Below are positions 59,794-64,000 of a stretch of 64,000 bases of DNA, one piece after another (positions within the stretch are counted from its first letter, which is position 1; every line of letters starts with the position of its first letter). Origin of the DNA: Pseudogymnoascus verrucosus (lineage: Eukaryota); the NCBI GenBank assembly GCA_001662655.1, contig KV460286.1, one strand, 5' to 3'. The notes beneath the pieces are model-generated. The model did no database searches and was not told the origin of the DNA. It was given only the letters and a program-made list of their open reading frames with translations. Made by a program: the position numbers and the translations under genes.

Positions 59794-60800
59794 ATGTCCT
59801 ACAAGATCTGCACGGAGGTGTCGGACCTATGTCCGGTCTCCGCGACCACCTACGGGTACTATCCGAACTTCGGGGGTAACGTCTTCTTCACCGCATTCTT
59901 CGGCGCGCTGTTCATTGCCGGCCTCGCCATCGGCATTCGCGGGAAGACATGGACTTTCGCGCTGGCCCTGGGAATCGGGTCGGGATTGGAGATGTTGGGG
60001 TATGTGGGGAGAGTGATGATGCATAAAAATCCGTGGGACTCCGCGGGGTTCAAGATGCAGATCTGCTGCATTATTTTGGCACCATCATTCCTCGCGGCAT
60101 GTGTCTACTTGACGATGAAGCACCTTGTCCTACACTTCGGACCGGAACACTCGCTTCTCAAGGCTCGCCTCTATCCATGGATCTTCGTCGGCTGTGATCT
60201 GGGATCGATCGTCCTCCAGGCCATTGGTGGCGGCGTGGCAGCGAGCGCGGGTGACACGCGCAACAAGAAGCTGCTGGATACCGGTAACGGGTTGATCGTT
60301 GCTGGAATTTCCTTCCAGGTGGCCACTATGGCTGTTTGCGGGCTTCTTGTTGCGACGTATGTTTTCCGATATAAGAAGGCGAAGAGGATCGGGACTCCAA
60401 CCACAGAGAAGAACGAGTACAATCCAGGCGAGAGGCGCAAGCTGAGGATGTTCTGCGTCGCTATTTCTGTCGCATACATCACTATCTTGACTCGTTGTGT
60501 CTATCGGTGAGTGCATCTCTTGTCGACAATCATTATTCCAGGCGGCTAACGAATTCTAGTCTCCCTGAAATGTCTGGCGGCTGGGGAAACCCACTGATGC
60601 AGAACGAACTCGAGTTTTTGATTCTGGACGGAGCGTAAGTTAAATAGCTTCCAACATTTGATACATCTTACTAACATCCACAAAGAATGATTGCCATTGC
60701 AACCCTGGCTATGACTGTTTTCCACCCTGCAATTTACTTGCCAGCTATGAGTTCGAGGAAGTCTGTCGCGGCCACAGAGAGCCCCTCCACAAGCGAGTAA
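59794..60800 (+). CDS. RTA1/Rsb1-family lipid-translocating exporter, 3 exons
   Basis: 'YGYYPNFGGN', 'LEMLGYVGR', 'ILAPSFLAACVY', 'IFVGCDLGSIVLQAIGGG', 'RCVYRLPEMSGGW', 'FLILDGAMIAIA..FHP'. Confidence 0.9.
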
Positions 60801-61739
60801 GGGGTTCAGCGAATTGGAGCCGTTTTTTACGTATTTTTAGTCGGGGTTATAAAGGATTATAGAGGGGCGTTTGGATATTGAAGTCCATTTGAAACAATGT
60901 TAAACAATCATTTTAAACAGTATCTCTTTTGGATCAACGTTTGAAACGGAAAGTTTCTCATACCATTGCTTGTTGCACCGTTTTTGTGTATGATTATGCC
61001 AGTCGCAGAGCACCTAGCATCGACACAAGCAGTTTAAACCCCAACGGCGCTGTTACACACGATTATAAATTAACTAGCCGTTTCACTCTACATCAATGAT
61101 TGTCCATTTACAAGCTTTATCAATATCCACACAAGAAATCATCGGAGGGACAGAAACACAAATGCCTGGACGTAATCGCCAGAAAATAAGTTTCACGCGT
61201 TTTAAGTGTATTAGGTTAGCTACGATAAGCTTGATGGCCAGCTGAAGGCGGAACAGAGTCTTACTTAGTAATTAGTATTACCAAGGCCTGAGATGGCCAC
61301 TATTCCGAGATTTCAGCTGCTACGAGTGAAACATATAACCAGCACTATGTCTCATAATGACCGTCGCCCTAACTGGACGCAGGGAAATCCTCAGTATCGT
61401 AGTAGCAAGGCGTATTTATTAAATGAGCTATTGCCCAGGGTAATCGACCTAAAACGTCCAGAAATTGTGCAACACGCGGTTGACCATCAAGGATTTTTCA
61501 CTTGTGAACTTAAACACTATGGAGTAGCAAGCTGAATTTAAATTACTAATTTGCAGACTTAAACGACGCCGGAAAGACACAAGTTGGATGTAGCCGCTAC
61601 AAATTTGGGCGTGTATAAGAAAGTCTGATTATGGTCACTCTGCTCGAAAACTATTGAAGCTACTATGCCATTCTCACAAGCGTCTTCTTAAAAAAATTCC
61701 CAAGCTGCCATATCATTCACAACAATAACCAGCACCACT

Positions 61740-62030
61740 ATGCGTTTCAACATCCTCTCTATTTCTGTACTTTTATCCCTGGCATCAGCTTGCGCAATTG
61801 GTATGTTGTCAGCATGTGTATTTACAAGCAGTTACTAACTATACGATATAGATGCTCGCACTGTGACAAAAAAGCATGCCCCTGATTGTTTCTGGGAGGG
61901 GTATGCTCCGTTTTGTGCCCCTAGCAGTTGTCCAACAGGCTATAATCAACAGAGTATAAGCCATTGCGGCGATGGGCGGTGCTGCCTCACCGGTTACAAG
62001 AAACAGTGTTGCAAAGATGCTGAAAATTAA
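61740..62030 (+). CDS. Small secreted cysteine-rich protein, 79 aa, 2 exons (absent from the ORF track)
   Basis: Exon 1 61740-61800; intron 61801-61851 (GTATGT..TACTAAC..TAG); exon 2 61852-62030. Product: MRFNILSISVLLSLASACAIDARTVTKKHAPDCFWEGYAPFCAPSSCPTGYNQQSISHCGDGRCCLTGYKKQCCKDAEN. Confidence 0.88.
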
Positions 62031-62313
62031 AGCAACAAGTAACTTATAAGAAGTGTGAGGCTTCATACTATAGGATCTACTCGATAACAGCGTAGGGAGA
62101 GATAGTTGTTATCAGGCTTAGCTAGGAATTAAATGAAAATGGCTCTGATTATAGATATATCTCAGTTGCTTACTATTTGAACCGCCGAGCTCTTAGCATC
62201 AGGCCGATTAAATAATATATCAACGTGTTTCGCAGCCTCTTGGAGTAATATGTATAACAATTAATTAACCCTTTTCAAGCCATCCTATCTAGTTGGTGCA
62301 AGGTAACTAAATA

Positions 62314-63318
62314 CTACACGGTAACGGCCTGTGGGTTCTGCTTCAGTCTCTCCAGTTCAAGTTTCTTCATTCTCTCTTGATTCTTCAGACGCTCTGGAAT
62401 AACTGCTTCCCTGGGACCCGTAGCTTTCCATCCTTCCAGTTTATCCTTCCCAAGGGATCGCAGGGTCTTCAGCTCAACCAGGCTGTAATCCTTGGGATTT
62501 TCCCTGTCAAAGTTGAAGTGCTCCTTCAGCGAAACTGGGGGATTCGTAATCATACGCGGTATGCGTAAACTGTTCCGCGATGCCGAGTGCACCATAAGTG
62601 GATGCATCAGTACCACGTCACCAATCGACCCAGTCATCTCGCGGAAATCGTCGCACTGATTCACAACTTCGGAATACCAGCCAAGGTCATTATGTTTTGG
62701 CTCCTCGCCTCGGGGTACCATTCGAGGTGAAACTCCATCAGGATGAGTGTACTGGACATGCGATCAGCCTTCTGAGCCGGCCTGCAAATGAAAATCAATC
62801 CTTACCAAGTGGTTTGCGATCAGAGGAATCGCATCGGGACATATCATAGTTCCACCGCCGTTATCCTTGATGTCCGTGAAGAGAGGAATGACAAGCAGCC
62901 CCTGTTCTTTGGAATCCAGGTAATGCACGAAGAAATCACCGTCGACATGCCAGCCATCGAGCTCCTTGGGATGGGGGAACTTCCCCTCCCACTCGGGTGT
63001 GCCTAGGTTAACAATAAGGCCATCGCCCCAATCTGCGGACCCCTCCGCAATTCGGTCTTCCCCACCCAGTAGCTCACACATAGCATTCCATGCCTTAGGT
63101 GCAAAAGTTTGGACGCCTTCTGTCCTATGCATGGGCATGTTGATGCGTTCGGTAGTCCAGGTTGACTTGTCGTTTGGATCCATGCCGAGTCGCTGCCATA
63201 CGGTCTCGGTCCAGTCCTGAGCTTTCTCAACGGAGAAGCAGTTTTCCAGGCGGAGGAAGCCATATTTCATAAAGTTCTCCACTTGCTCCTTGGTAAGATG
63301 CTTGTATTCGCGGTCCAT
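62314..63318 (-). CDS. PhyH-like Fe(II)/2-oxoglutarate dioxygenase-fold protein, 2 exons
   Basis: 'LTKEQVENFMKYGFLRL', HxD 'GWHVDGD', 'GGGTMICPD', and distal His in 'GDVVLMHPLMVHSASRN'. Intron ~62756-62805. Confidence 0.78.
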
Positions 63319-64000
63319 ATTGTTCTTGTGTTTGTTTGGTTTCGGTTTGAGTGAGTCCAATTCTATTCTACTGATCAACGATGCCAGCGGTGAAGTTGAA
63401 CACAAGTATTAAGCCAATAAGACCTATATATACCACAGGGCCAGAAACCACATCTTGACCCAGCCATTCATGTCTTCATGGCGCTAGTATAACCCGAGGC
63501 GAGTTATTTAGCCTGAATATTATCAACGAACTAAAAGCGCCTTCATACGTCCGATGCGAGAGGGGGCATTACAAATGCCACAGCCATGGGATTGGAAGTC
63601 TACGGTAAGTATGACAAATATATGGTGTCGACGGTGCGAACCATCATTATATTTAGCCAGAATATATCAGAGGGGGCGTATGAACGGGATCGAGAAACGA
63701 CTCCCATCAAAAGGCTTTCTCGTACTGAGATGAGGGGTGCGGGGTGCGGGGTACGGCAGAGGCCCACATCCAGTATCCCGGGAATAAACTTGGGGTAAGA
63801 AGCGTCATCAGTGAGCCTGAGGTGGTAGTCCTAGATAACTCCGTAATTGTATTTTTGCTCCGTATTGGGTCGTACAATCCCGAGAATTCTATAAACTCTC
63901 GACAAAGAAGCCGAGAATGTGGTGCAGACTCAAGTATTCGTGTGAAGTTTGTCTCGTGCTGAACTCTGACTTAACTTCCACCCCATGCCCTGAGTTTGTT

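Overview
Gene-dense, intron-containing genomic DNA from a filamentous ascomycete. Evidence: short GT..AG introns with CTAAC/CTGAC branch sites and RIP-like AT-rich transposon debris. A Leotiomycete such as Pseudogymnoascus is plausible, but that is my impression only. The first ~1.6 kb is an AT-rich transposon island: the 5' end of a pogo/Fot1-type Tc1-mariner element whose transposase is broken by a CAA>TAA change, plus a complete 501-bp MITE with a related TIR. From 1.8 to 52.6 kb is mostly a block of core genes: MCC alpha subunit, Vms1, a DUF4449/BPI-like protein, BAR-SH3, SNF2-RING helicase, F-box, MFS, Pex16, Isn1, O-methyltransferase, RNPS1-like, an intron-containing tRNA-Thr(AGT), lipase, PKA catalytic paralogue, vacuolar subtilisin and a BEACH protein. 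A complex fold-back sequence at 52.6-53.1 kb marks the switch to accessory-looking genes. These are a membrane-anchor-less SREBP-type bHLH factor, an apparently orphan PaxM-type FAD epoxidase fused to a CtvD/AscI-like membrane domain, a divergent RTA1 exporter, a spliced 79-aa 8-Cys secreted peptide missed by the ORF track, and a PhyH-like dioxygenase. All calls come from reading the sequence and recalled motifs; no searches were run. Gene spans include introns, and exon boundaries are manual.
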